From: Octopus vulgaris
Taxonomy: Eukaryota
DNA: 64,000 nucleotides
Direction of reading: 5' to 3'
Assembly (NCBI GenBank): GCA_951406725.2
Contig: OX597824.1
Span: 2,046,001-2,110,000, forward strand
Part shown: positions 14,220-26,592 of the stretch, piece by piece
How positions within the stretch are numbered: position 1 is the stretch's first letter
Layout of the letters: the number at the start of each line of letters is the position of its first letter
The notes under the pieces: generated by a model
What the model saw: the letters and a program-made list of their open reading frames with translations, nothing else
Databases searched by the model: none
What the model was told of the DNA's origin: nothing
Position numbers and translations under genes: made by a program

Positions 14220-15532
14220 CTACAAAAGGAAAAATGAAAGAAGATACGGACTACGATAATTACTCTTACTAAATTTACAGGTAAAAGTAATATCGTCTTT
14301 GAAATGTTGTGAAGGACAAAGTTCATCAAATAAAAGTTGGTGATTCATGATATATCTATAACAAGACTCTAAGTCTCGACTCAAACTAAATCATCCTTGT
14401 TATGAACAACAATTCTTTGCTTAAACAACTGAATAAATAAACAACCGAATAAATTAAATTAGCAACCTTCTTTCCTTCAAATTACTACGTCATGCGCGCA
14501 CACGTTACTCGCTCTTCTGCCATAGACTGCCATAATATACACTCACCAATTCTATATTTCTGAGCATGCAGTAATATACGATTCAAATCACTTACTGTGA
14601 CGTCTGGCTTATACCAACCACATAGTATCAAATTTCCAAGAACTTTACCAGTAGTCAATTGGTAATTGTTGAAAGAATAAGCTGCAAAGCTGGACACGGC
14701 AGAATCTGAAATCTGAGCGTAAATAGAAGAAACGCCACAAGGCATTTATGCTTTCTGGGAAAATAGTCAAAATAAAGGTTTGACCCGAGCAAAAAAAAAA
14801 AAAAAGAGGAAAAAATAGTGTAATAGGTGTAAAATAATTTGCTGTAAACGAATATGATGAAAATGCACGCTCGCGAACGGAGGTCGGGGAGAGAACTCGG
14901 AAAATTCACATCGTCGAACCTTTACACTATTTTTTCTTTTATTTTGATCGGGTCAAACCATTAGTTTTACTAAGTCAACGTATTATATGTATTTATCTTT
15001 TAGTACCACACCAGCATTCAAAATTTATAAATATTTTTCTAACAACATAAGCTTCGCATACGATCATGAATATATTTCCCAATATTACATACAAACGCAC
15101 ATGCTCTCCACGAACCTCACATTTTATACTTCACTATCACAGCAGACACTTGAGCATTCGGTCCTCTAAACACCTAAAACCACACCAACTCTGATAGCTT
15201 CTCAACTCATTCTACAAGCACCTTGCCTTCTATAACACTTTGCATTCATTCTCCATCATTGCATAGACAACCAAATATTTACACTTTCTTGTTCACACAT
15301 TTCATTCCCTATTCACTGTCAGGCAAACACAGAAATCTACGTCATTTCAACTCACACTTGTCGTACATACATAAACTTTGCTTCAAGGCACACTCCTTCA
15401 CTAATTTCCATACAGACCTGACACGTGCACTACGTTTATCTTATGTTCAAAGTTGTCGGCTAAAAACGCCATTACTGCATCCATTCTCCTTACCAATATT
15501 GTGCATGGTCTTTATATTGCTTTATATAACCA

Positions 15533-15886
15533 AGGCGGCGAGCTGGCAGAATCGTTAGCACGCCGGGCGAAATGCGTAGCCGTAATTCGTCTGCCGCTAC
15601 GTTCTGAGTTCAAATTCCGCCGAGGTCGACTTTGCTTTTCATCCTTTCGGGATCGATAAATTAAATACCACTGACACATTGGGGTCGATGTAATCGACTT
15701 AATCCCTTTGCCTGTCCTTGTTTGTCCTCTCTATGTTTAGCCCCTTGTCCGCAATAAATAAATAAGAAACGTTAGCACACCTGTCCTCCTTTCGGGGTCG
15801 ATAGATTAAGTACCAGTTGCGTACTGGGGTCGATCTAATCGACTGACCCACCTCCCTCAAAATTTCGTGCTTGTTGCCTAGAGTAG
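15533..15886 (+). mobile_element. SINE family 1, full copy plus a partial second unit
   Basis: ggcggcgagctggcagaatcgttagcacgccgggcg.. through ..aataaataaataag, then a repeated gttagcac..ggggtcgatagattaagtaccag. Confidence 0.9.
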
Positions 15887-17389
15887 AAAAAAATGTCTTT
15901 ATATATTCTTTCCCTTCTTTTACCGTCACTAAGGATTTCAGACCTCATCGGCAATCACTTTGTCTTTTTTTTTTCCCAGTACACGGAAACAAAGCTGAGA
16001 TTTTACTGTAAGACTTTTATGTTTAGCTACGACTGGGCTGCGGATATGTCAATACCTTGAAGAGTGTAATTAAACAAACTGACCCCGGCAATTTTTTTTA
16101 TTAAGTCACAACGGATACTTTTGCCAATTCCCTGCGTTACTCACACGTAAACGAAACATCTGCAGCAGTCAAATGGTGTGGAGTCAAACAGAGATACTCT
16201 CTCTCTCTCTCTCTCACACACTCACATCTGCATGTATACACACATACCTGTGTATATATACGCATACGTATACACAAAAGTCTTCCACATATTTTCCGTA
16301 AACCAAATTCCTTTATATGGCATTGAACAAGGCAGAGCTAAAGTAGGAGACATTTTCCTATGCTGCCACGCATTGCAACTGAACCCAGAATCAAGTGGTT
16401 GCCAGGACAGCTTCTTAATCACCGCGTCGTGATCGCGCCGTTGTTAGTAGAACTTTTCCACCCCACCCCATCTTCTACTCTTTTTCTTCCACTGACTTAC
16501 CCCACATATCGTAACAAAATGTATATAAAACAGGCAAAAAATACACTACAACATAAATTTGTTTTTATTACATAAAATAATATTTATTATGTGATTTAAT
16601 TAGCATATATAACAGATTTTGTTGCACTCATTACAGCCTTACGAATCAAGGAAAAATTCGAATCTGTAATGATTCAAATATAATATAAACAGAACATGGC
16701 ATGTCTTCATGTAATCACACCTGTTTTCTCCCTGATTAATTAACAAATTTATCTTTGAGATTAATTTAATAAAATATTCTCAGAACAATTCGACGGTTAA
16801 TTACATTTCTGTCAATTAATATGGGTCAATAATAGTATGTTCTTTAGTTCTTGGCATTCATTTAGCCGACACACAAACACGATGTTGTAGGTTCACAATC
16901 TCTGTAAGTTACACGTGCATACACACGGACAAACACACACACATATACAAAAAGATATATACGCATATATGCGTCTTTATACATGCATATATATACACAC
17001 ATATATATACACACATATACATACACAAGCACACACATATATATAGCCATGTATGCATACATATACATATATACCAATATATAAATATATATGTACATAT
17101 ATTTATGTGTATATATATATAAATACATATATATATACATGCATATATATATATGTATGTATGTATATTTAATGTACACACATGTACACGTACACAAGAG
17201 TAGTTGAGTTGGTATGTTGGAATGCTAACATTAATACATATATACATATATATGTGTTTGTGTATAGATGCATATATAGATATACATGTATATATATATA
17301 TTTAGTTGTCTATTATATTTTGCGATTCCGTACTGCTACTGTTTACTTCTCGCTCAGAGATTTAATATTGTATGTATGTATATACATAC

Positions 17390-17453
<64 letters not shown>

Positions 17454-17639
17454 GCATTTTTATATTTATACATACACCCATACATATATGCGTATAGGTC
17501 TAGAATCACGTGAGCACCAATTTTCGGCAATATCATTAGCATTAATATCGTTGCATTTCTTCCATCCATTTTCTAATTAATGTTACTTATTACAATTTAT
17601 TGTTGGAATTATTGTTATCATCAATATTAATATTGTTGT

Positions 17640-17679
17640 TGCTGTTATTATTATTATTCTTGTATTATTATTAATATTA

Positions 17680-17777
<98 letters not shown>

Positions 17778-17850
17778 TTATTATTATTATTATTATTCTT
17801 TTATTGTTAACATTATTATTATTATTGTTACTATTATTATTATTATTTAC
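17640..17850. repeat. (TTA)n microsatellite
   Basis: Directly visible. Confidence 0.95.
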
Positions 17851-18117
17851 TTATAGCAATTTAATTTTGTAAATTACACATAATTTGCGTTATTATTCTG
17901 TTGATTCATTATCTTATCGACGCCTGTTATTGATTATTGTTTCGTGCATGCAACAAATATTTCGATCAATCCTCAATGGCAGCACTAAGAGAAAACCAGT
18001 CCACAAACAGCTGAATAGCAATGTCGTTTGTGTTTGCGTATGTGTGTGTGCGTGTGCAAATATCTGCATGCGTTTGTATCTATATATATATATATATATA
18101 TATATATAACCCGTCGA

Positions 18118-18149
<32 letters not shown>

Positions 18150-18151
<2 letters not shown>

Positions 18152-18273
18152 ATATATTTGTCCCCCAACATCACTTGACCCCCGATGCTGGTGTGCCTAC
18201 GTCCCTATAACTAAGTGGTTCCGCAAAAGAGTCCGATAGAATAAATACTAAGCTTACAAAGAATAATTCCTGG
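18150..18273 (+). mobile_element. 3' part of SINE family 2, target of the HERO-like insertion
   Basis: tttgtcccccaacatcacttgac..gatgctggtgtg..acgtccc..aagagtccgatagaataaatactaagcttacaaagaataa matches the reverse complement of about 60955-61080. Confidence 0.8.
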
Positions 18274-18842
18274 AATAAGCCCCGAGCCGCGTAAACTAAT
18301 AAGGAGAGTAGAGGAGGCGGTCGAAAAAGCCATCTTCTATATATGGCTGAAGCGGAAACACCGAAAATGGCTTGAAAGTCATAAACACGCCGACGGGAAA
18401 TAACATCATTAGGTGAGACAAGTTGACTGAATCAGCTTCGCTGACTGACAGGTGACGGTCGTTTAGGGAAATCGCGGGCTTAAACTACGCGCCTGCACTA
18501 GTCAGTTAAGATAAGACAGTGTCACGTGAGAACCTGCTGGGGAAGCCTGCTGGAGCCTAGCGGCAGGTATTTAAAGGGAAAAGTTTGACAAGACAGTCAG
18601 TCACCGGTTGACACTCGCTGACGATACATCGAAGAGGCCATGGAACAGAAGAAAGAAGACATGCACCCAGCACCAGAGCTGAAGACACCTCCGAAAGGTG
18701 GGGGGGGGCGCCACGTCAAAACGGTAGAGGAGTTGGGGCCGAAACCAGACGTGGTTCCTCCTGATGATGTCTTGAGCTAACTGCATCCTATAAAGGAGCT
18801 GTTGTGGTAGCAGACCACGAAACACGGTTGTAATTCCTCCAC
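18274..18842 (+). mobile_element. 5'-truncated RLE non-LTR retrotransposon (HERO-like) with 28-bp target-site duplication
   Basis: Exact 28-bp direct repeat tactaagcttacaaagaataattcctgg at 18246-18273 and 18843-18870. 18275-18403 encodes ISPEPRKLIRRVEEAVEKAIFYIWLKRKHRKWLESHKHADGK*, which resembles the HERO-clade C-terminal E.AEKAS.W.W.KR...W helix. GC-rich 3' UTR. Confidence 0.75.
18718..18830 (+). ncRNA. Candidate type III hammerhead ribozyme in retrotransposon 3' UTR (imperfect stems II and III)
   Basis: GUA(18724-18726), stem I gaggag/ttcctc, CTGATGA(18761-18767), long stem II gtct..gcta/tagc..agac, GAAA(18819-18822), then cacggtt. Confidence 0.35.
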
Positions 18843-18870
18843 TACTAAGCTTACAAAGAATAATTCCTGG

Positions 18871-19500
18871 GCTTCGGAATCTACTGCACTTTATCTGGAC
18901 GCTCTCTTTGTTAAGTCTGTGAATGCAGCCATAATCTTTGCCTTCAATTCATCTTTGGTGTTACAAAGAGTTTTGTTGGTCTCTCACCCAACCGCGCCCT
19001 ACACATAATAATCAAGGGAGTTGCAGTCTGGGGAGTTAGGTGTCCAGATTTTAGGGATGGTATGGTCGTAGAAATTGTCTGACAGCCATTAACTGGGTTC
19101 TCCTGCTTGTGTGGCGTATGGTGCAGATTTCTCTTGCCATGTATAGGGTCATGCAGCGGCTACTCCTTTGACCAAGGGCAGGGACTACCTCCTCCAGTAC
19201 TGCCTACTAGATGTAGGCATCCCTGTTGAGTTTGAGGCCGCGTGGGAAGATAAACGGAGGCATAACGTCACCATCACTGGTGATTACTCTAAACATCATA
19301 ACGACTGGATGTCCTCAGATTGCTCTGTCCTCAAATTGACACCCAAACATCCTGAAATATTCGTAATGGAGCTTCCGGCGCGAATGCCAAGCAGTACAGC
19401 ATGTCGTATCCAAATTTGTGACAGAGTGAATTGCATCATGGTGCTGTTTTTCTCACAGACATTGCCCAACGGACTCTACTATACTGTGTAGTCGATAAGG
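18871..19500 (-). mobile_element. Decayed Tc1/mariner (maT/DD37D-like) transposase fragment
   Basis: Minus-strand peptides MMFRVITSDGDVMPPFIFPRGLKLNRDAY and WLSDNFYDHTIPKIWTPNSPDCNSLDYYV (the WPPNSPDLNPLDY motif); stops and frameshifts. Confidence 0.8.
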
Positions 19501-19621
19501 TAGAAAAAAAAAACAATGCACATGCGCAAAATAAAAAATACAAAATGTCGACAATTCACTCATCACAAGCTGTATATATGTGTGAGTGCGTGAATGAATG
19601 TGTGTGGAATGCGTATATATA

Positions 19622-19671
<50 letters not shown>

Positions 19672-19941
19672 CACACATGTATACACACTTGCACACATGT
19701 ATACACACTTGCACACACACACGCACATACTTTCGAAGAAATGTATACTTACAAAATACAATGTTTGCGGGAAAATATGATACTTTTTGTTCGGACGTTA
19801 TTCATCGAAGCTGTATGATTCGTTGTTTGTACTTTCGTTTCCATGCCAAATGTTGTCTGAAGTTGTCATCATAACATCCAGTAGGGGTTTTAATTGAGAA
19901 CACCACACAAACTACGAAGGAAACCATCTCCGAAATATAAA

Positions 19942-20147
19942 CAGTAATCCCTCGACATTTGAGGGTTTTACGTTCCAAAACTTCCTCCAGAAAAAATTAA
20001 CAACCCCAAAAAATATAAATATATATCGGCGGATGAAGCCCGGATATACTGAGGAGTCCGAGATGCAAATTTATATATATTAGCCAGAAAAATACGCGAA
20101 GTACTGAGTGCGCGATTGGTGAACCGCGATATTGCGAGAGATTAGTG
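19942..20147. mobile_element. pogo/Tigger-type MITE
   Basis: Imperfect TIRs cagtaatccctcgacattt.. / ..gatattgcgagagattagtg, followed by TA. Confidence 0.55.
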
Positions 20148-20699
20148 TAATGTAGATGCAGGAACGCAAGTGTTTGCCATTGACACACAGAATACCACGT
20201 GGATCACACCGCTATGAGTCCTTCCTCATTACTCTTACGGGTTACAATTATCTTTTCAGCACGCAAAGCAAATTAGGCATAATGAGAGAGCGCATTCTTT
20301 CTCTCATTAACCTGGAAATTAAAAGCGTACGGCGTCCCTGTAATTGAGTTTATAAGCAAAATCTCCTCGAAACTTATTAAGTTTGATATTGTCAACTTTT
20401 ATTTCTACGCATCCACATTTGTAGACAATCCTTTTAAAGCTCTAAAGTTCGGGAAACAGTTTCTTAAAATCAGTAATTTGTAAGAGTAGCGAACTATAGA
20501 ACGCCAACGACTTACGTTTTAAAATATGGTTAATACTATCAAATAAGATAGATGGGTAACTCGCTTTTCAGCGTTTCGAAGGGCGGCAACGACAGACAAA
20601 AGGTATCTGGAATTCAAGATTTTTTATTGATAACAACTCATAAACAGAAACACTTCTTATATCTGACAGCAGCACAAAATAAAAAAAAAAACAATAAAA

Positions 20700-20860
20700 A
20701 AACAATGGTTCGGAAGATTGGCTTCTCGTACAGTATTGAAAAACCACAATTTTTGTAACATTGAGAATGGGTCTGGTAGGTATGTTCCAGGAGATTAGCC
20801 CAGATATATCTTCTTTCGCTCAAATAATTTATAACAATTTTCTTACATATTACATGTGAT
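20700..20860 (-). pseudogene. Possible GIY-YIG endonuclease remnant (Penelope-like)
   Basis: Minus-strand NCYKLFERKKIYLG*S resembles xxY.I.C..C.K.YIG.T; the match is short and weak. Confidence 0.25.
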
Positions 20861-20935
20861 CTTCAGATTGGTAAGAAATATTTCTTTGGAAAATCAAACG
20901 AGCAGAAGATTTATATATCTATATCTATATCTATC

Positions 20936-21007
<72 letters not shown>

Positions 21008-21008
21008 A

Positions 21009-21070
<62 letters not shown>

Positions 21071-22274
21071 GACATAGATATGGATATACATATATAGATA
21101 TATACCCGTAAGACCTACGACCTACAACTACCCCTGCTACAATTAGAACACCAATGGCATATACAAGGAGACACAGCTGCTCATTAACCGTTAGGGAAAT
21201 TCTTTTAATACTCTCTCCTACAATGCTGAATCGCTATCCAGGATTTTCTTCTCCTTTATATTAGAGTATATGGATAATTTATCATTCATCCGCAAAATAG
21301 AGATACCAGAGGACAGAAAATAAAATGGGTTAGTCCACTCACACAAAAGATATTACTTCGTGATTTGTATATTTATAGAGCACGACATCGCGATTTAATA
21401 TAGATACCCACAGAGTTTTCAGTGCTTATACTGTTAACAATAGTAATACATGCTAACCTTGGTCCCAGCATTACACGGCAGTTTACATTTATGACATTTA
21501 TCCAAACAAATCTCTCTAAAAAATTAGTTTAAATTTAGTCAATTTGCCACTGACGAAATTTTGCTTTCGCAGAACCGTAGTATTTAGAGTTACTTCCAAA
21601 TGTTATTCAAATGAAATGTATATAAGGATCACCGTCAACCACATCAAAATGCATTATAAGTGATATCTACAATTTTTTGTATCCTTCACTTTAATGACCT
21701 GCTTAATTTAGAAAATAAACAACAGAGCAAAGATTTCCCTTCTTAACGTTAGTCATCGTCGGTAGGTCCCGCCATATTCATCGGTTAATAGCCGTAGGAT
21801 CTGCCTCTTTAAAATAAAATTCCATTTAATAAAGCAGCTCCCTCTATCCTCAAAGAGTAATTTAGGTATCGTCATAACTGAAGTCATTTTCCCATGCAGT
21901 ATTTTCCAAACATCTGACTCTGAAAATAATGCCAGGAAAACCAAGATGTGAAATTCTTTCAAATGGAAGGTATGCCTCAGATTGAACGCTAGATAACAGC
22001 AAAGCGACCATGGCATAATGATGCCTTGAATTGATCTTAACAGCAGCCCGCGTGAATTTCCATTGCATAATCAGTCACAACTAATAAGAATCTCGCCTTC
22101 AAGATATATAACTAGTGACCAACTTTCAAGATGAATGATGCAAAAGATGCAACGATTCTGGTCATCCAATTGATTAGACACTTTTCTTAATCCTCGAGAT
22201 ATTACGATATGAGTCTCATCAGCTGCTAATATATTCCAAACAAAATCACTCATCTGTACACACTTATATACATG

Positions 22275-22400
<126 letters not shown>

Positions 22401-22410
22401 TAGCTGAGGG

Positions 22411-22645
22411 AAGGCGGCGAGCTGCCAGACACGTTAGCGCGCCGGACGAAATGCTTAGCGGTATTTCGTCTGTCGTTACGTTCTGAGTTCAAATTCCGCC
22501 GAGGTCGACTTTGCCTTTCCTGCTTTCGGAGTCGATAAATAAAGTACCAGTTTCGCACTGGGGTCGATGTAATCGACTTAATCCGTTTGTCTGTCTTTGT
22601 TTGTCCCCTCTGTGTTTAGCACCTTGTGGGCAATAAAGAAATATA
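22411..22645 (+). mobile_element. SINE family 1, full length, with TSD
   Basis: Canonical head, core and tail; tactagctgagg duplicated at 22398-22409 and 22650-22661. Confidence 0.9.
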
Positions 22646-23208
22646 TAGATACTAGCTGAGGTACCCGGTAATGATTTACCGTCAATAAAATGTCTATTGA
22701 TAGCCATGAAACATTTTCATCAAATTTAGACATTTTGCAAAGATTTTAAATCTATATTAACGGGTAGGACTAATTTGACGAAAAAAGGAGCAGGGTCTGG
22801 CATTGAACCCGTGTCGTCGTCATTTTTGTGCATTTGCGTAAAATGGCGGAATTTTACGCTTTCAGACAAATTTTGTCAAATTGACGTCATGACGTATAGT
22901 GTGCAAAATGCCTCAATTTTGCTTGAGAAATAAAATGTTCTTACCTAATCAAAACCCGAATCCGAAATTGAAACAATCACCTGTAGCAAATCAAAACGAT
23001 TCGCATTGAAATGCAGAATGGAGGAAATTTTGGAACGTAAAACCCGCGAAAGTCGAGGAATTGTTGAACTGTTGTTTTCTTCTTCTATTGTGACTTTTTT
23101 ATTGAACTGTTTACTTTTTCTCTTCTTCCTTTTTGTTTCCTCTTCACTTCTCACTTTTCTTTTTGAAATTTGTGAACTATTGTTTTGGACTTCTTTTTAA
23201 TTTAAAAC

Positions 23209-23655
23209 ATGGCAAAAAATACGGATAAGTTTGTAGAGTGGGAGATAGTCCCACCTAAGGAGTGGCTCAGACAACAAGAGGAGAGGTCGGTGGTGTTGAG
23301 AACGTATTCAAAGGTTCTCGACACCATTATTGTCTTCTCCAAGCAGATGATTGAGCAGGAGTTGGCGGAACATCTGCCGATCATTAAGTATATCTCTAAG
23401 GGTATCAAACATGAAACGGTGTGGTTGCTGTTTGACACCTCAGAGGGGGCTCGCTGTTTTGCGAGCCAGCCCGTTGAGGGTAAAGAAATGTTGTTTCTTC
23501 CCACTTATTGTGGGTAAAAATTGATGAGGGTCTGGGTCAGTGGTTTGCCACCTGGATTTGAACCCCACTAGATAGAGGATACTATCCGTCGGAGTCTGGG
23601 TGGCAGCGATAGGCTCCTCAATGTGAAATTTCTCCCTGCGGCTGATTGGGTTGTA
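23209..23655 (+). pseudogene. L1/Tx1-like ORF1 (RRM-type) N-terminal fragment
   Basis: 102-aa ORF continues in frame past two stops: ..LFLPTYCG*KLMRVWVSGLPPGFEPH*IEDTIRRSLGGSDRLLNVKF. The V.V.GLPP...I...L..G pattern is typical of Tx1/L1 ORF1. T-rich leader 22960-23208; ends in (TATG)n. Confidence 0.6.
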
Positions 23656-23705
23656 TGTGTGTGTGTGTGTATGTATGTATGTATATATGTATGTATGTAT
23701 GTATG

Positions 23706-23737
<32 letters not shown>

Positions 23738-24434
23738 TGTATGTATGTATGTATGTATGTGTATGTATGTACATATATATATGTATGTAAAATAGCGTTA
23801 GCATTTACGGAACGTGAATTTTCTCTTTTCCGCTGTAATTGATGAGTATATATAAACAACATTGAGTGCTTCTCTCTCTGGGATTGGTTGAATTGACGTA
23901 GACGTCTCTGATGAGACCCCAATGTGATTCGGAAATCGATTATTGGGGCTTATCAATTTTCGAAGAAACCTCTGAATTAGGCCTGTATATTCATTGGTAA
24001 AATTATATAAATAGGAAATTCACACACACATACACACACATTATGATGACCTTAAATACACATGAGTGTATTAAATGTAATGTGAAATCTCTTGCTCAAA
24101 TTATTCCAACCAGTGAGTAAGACCTAATCGATTATATTGTTTTTCCTGAACACTATCGCTAGTATATCATTGCTTTCATCTGGTTACTGAGAAAATAAAG
24201 CGAACGCAGATTTCGGAGAAATGTGTGTGTGACAAGTTGCAGTTCGACCGTATTTATTTAACTTCGCAAATTAGGCAGAAGCATTAATTTAATGATAATA
24301 CACATTACGAAATTAGCATCGGATCATGGAAACAGGAGTCATTTATCGTTGACTTAATTTTGAAATTTGATTTACTATAAATTGTAATAACAACAGCTGC
24401 AGCAGCAGCAACAGCAGCAGCAATAATAATTTCA

Positions 24435-24640
24435 ATTTTTGGTACAGAGCCAGCAATTTCGAAGAAGGGAGTAAATCGGTTACGTCGACCCCAGTACTCA
24501 ATTCGTACCTCATTTATCGACCTCAAAATAATGAAAAGCAAAGTCGATCACGGCTGAATTTGAACTCAGAACACGAAGACGGATGAAATGTCGTTAAGCG
24601 TCTCGCCCGGCGCGCTAACGATTCCGCCATAATCGCTTTC
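24435..24640 (-). mobile_element. SINE family 1
   Basis: gtcgaccccagtac..tttatcgacctc..gcaaagtcga..tttgaactcagaac..gctaacgattccgcc. Confidence 0.85.
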
Positions 24641-24769
24641 CTTCTTCGTCAGTCAAACGGGCGCCGCGCAACATTAATTATATAACACATTTTATTCACT
24701 TTCTCCACTACTTCTATGTCTCCACACATACACACACACATGTATATATGCATATATATATATATATAT

Positions 24770-25347
24770 ATATTAGTTATCGCCATACTAATATGGCATT
24801 CTTATAAAAATAAGAATAAAGCTGTCCGCTTATTAGCTCCATGAGGCCATCGCCTTAAGTTAGCTATTTGATACACAAACTGTATCCATATAACCTTTGA
24901 ATGCCATATTAGTATGGCGATAACTAATATTTTCTGGGAACGCTGCCGTTGTTCTCTTTTAGAGAGACTTAGTAATTTTAATATTTCTATTATTGAAAAC
25001 AAGTGGATGTATTCCACCGAAGCTAGGTAAATAAAACCTTTGAACAGAGATTGTCAGAAGCGACACCTACTGGTCTGGCTACGCTGCATTGAAAAGGGGC
25101 AATACCCCGAAACGCGTCTGTAGCTGCCGGACAAGTAGTGTGGAGCGACTGACCTCCTTGTTCAAAGGTTATATATACGGTTTGTGTATCAAATAGCTAA
25201 CTTAAGGCGATGGCCTCATGGAGCTAATAAGCGGACAGCTTTATTCTTATTTTTATAAGAATGCCATATTAGTATGGCGATAACTAATATTTTCCGGGAA
25301 CGCTGCCGTTGTTCTCTTTTAGAGAGACTTAGTAATTTTAATATTTC

Positions 25348-25353
<6 letters not shown>
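24770..25353 (+). mobile_element. Penelope-type/retrozyme-like element: 360-bp terminally redundant unit with inverted 5' segment
   Basis: About 95-bp direct repeat at 24899-24993 and 25259-25353 (period 360). 24770-24901 is the near-exact reverse complement of 25161-25290. Bounded by (TA)n on both sides; contains a hammerhead. Confidence 0.85.
25083..25124 (+). ncRNA. Minimal type I hammerhead ribozyme, U3-A8 core variant
   Basis: gctgca-TTGAAAA-gggg(caata)cccc-GAAA-cgcg-TC-tgtagc: 6-bp stem I, 4-bp stem II, palindromic minimal stem III; predicted cleavage after C25118 (GUC). Confidence 0.8.
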
Positions 25354-25404
<51 letters not shown>

Positions 25405-25407
<3 letters not shown>

Positions 25408-25555
25408 TTTACTTATATCTTTTACTTGATTCAGCCATTGGACTAAAGTCATGCTGGGGCACCACCTTGAAAATGTTTTAGTCGAATGAATCGATCCTAG
25501 TGATTTTCTATTTTAAGCCTGGTACTTATTTTATCGACCTCTTTGCCGAACCGCT
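25405..25555 (-). mobile_element. 3' fragment of SINE family 2
   Basis: Matches 60880-61015 (ttttacttg.ttcagccattggact..catgctggggcaccacc..tttgccgaaccgcta). Confidence 0.75.
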
Positions 25556-26294
25556 ACTCACACACACGCTCATTCATAATAGATCAGGATTCCAGTGATT
25601 CAAGCACTTAAATGGTAAGGCACCGACACTCGGGTCGCAAAATAAAATGCATACACAACAAAAATAGAAAAAATCATACACGGGGACCAAAGTACAGACA
25701 GAAAGATATTCAGGTTATGTATTCAATTCACTGGGGCCGCCTGAGTATATCGTGAGGCTAATCAAAAAACGAGCATTGCATTAAATGTACGGTCCATAAT
25801 ATACTTCGGATCAACGGAAGAAGCAGGTTCCGAGGGAGGTAAATAGTAAATAAATAAATAATAAGAGATGGATGGTGTGTCAATTCACTTCAGAAGTTTC
25901 CAATGAATTTTTAATTGATTAACGATGACATCATTATAAAAAAATCATTTTCGTCAGGTGAATACGTGAACCTCAACATTCAAAAACATTCAAAATCCAA
26001 CAGCATGTGATCATTCATGATTCTATGACCCTTGCTGGCCTTAGACAACATTTGTTATTTCATGTTGGTAGTATTATATATGAAAACTAACGCGATGTCA
26101 TGTGTGGGTAAAGAAGATTTATAGCAATGAAGGAAGTTAGAGGATGGGGTGAGGGGGAATCAAATAACGAAGGATCGTTACAACCGGTCGTACAAAGGAT
26201 AAGGCCACCCAGGTATTTATGTATTTACTTATTTAACAGCCCCACCCCATATGACCATTTCAACGGCGAAGCACCAGAAAAGAGACACAATTGA

Positions 26295-26319
<25 letters not shown>

Positions 26320-26333
<14 letters not shown>

Positions 26334-26559
26334 ATTGAGGTAATCAGATCAGATGGTTCATATTTGTAGATATTTATTTATATATTACATTTTTTACATA
26401 TATATCATATCATATCATTCGGATTTCGGATTAGCGCTTGCTCCCATTCTAGTGGGCTTTTCAAATCAAATCAAAGTTGTGGGGAGTTTGAACATTTTAT
26501 AGTTTCGTAGTAGTGGGTGAGGAGGAAGTGAGACAGAGAAAAAAATGTGTGTATGTGTA

Positions 26560-26592
<33 letters not shown>

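Noticed and set aside
21950-21990. FFQMEGMPQ resembling the Penelope/telomerase RT Q..G.PQG motif
   Set aside because: Single short match with no downstream DD motif in frame.
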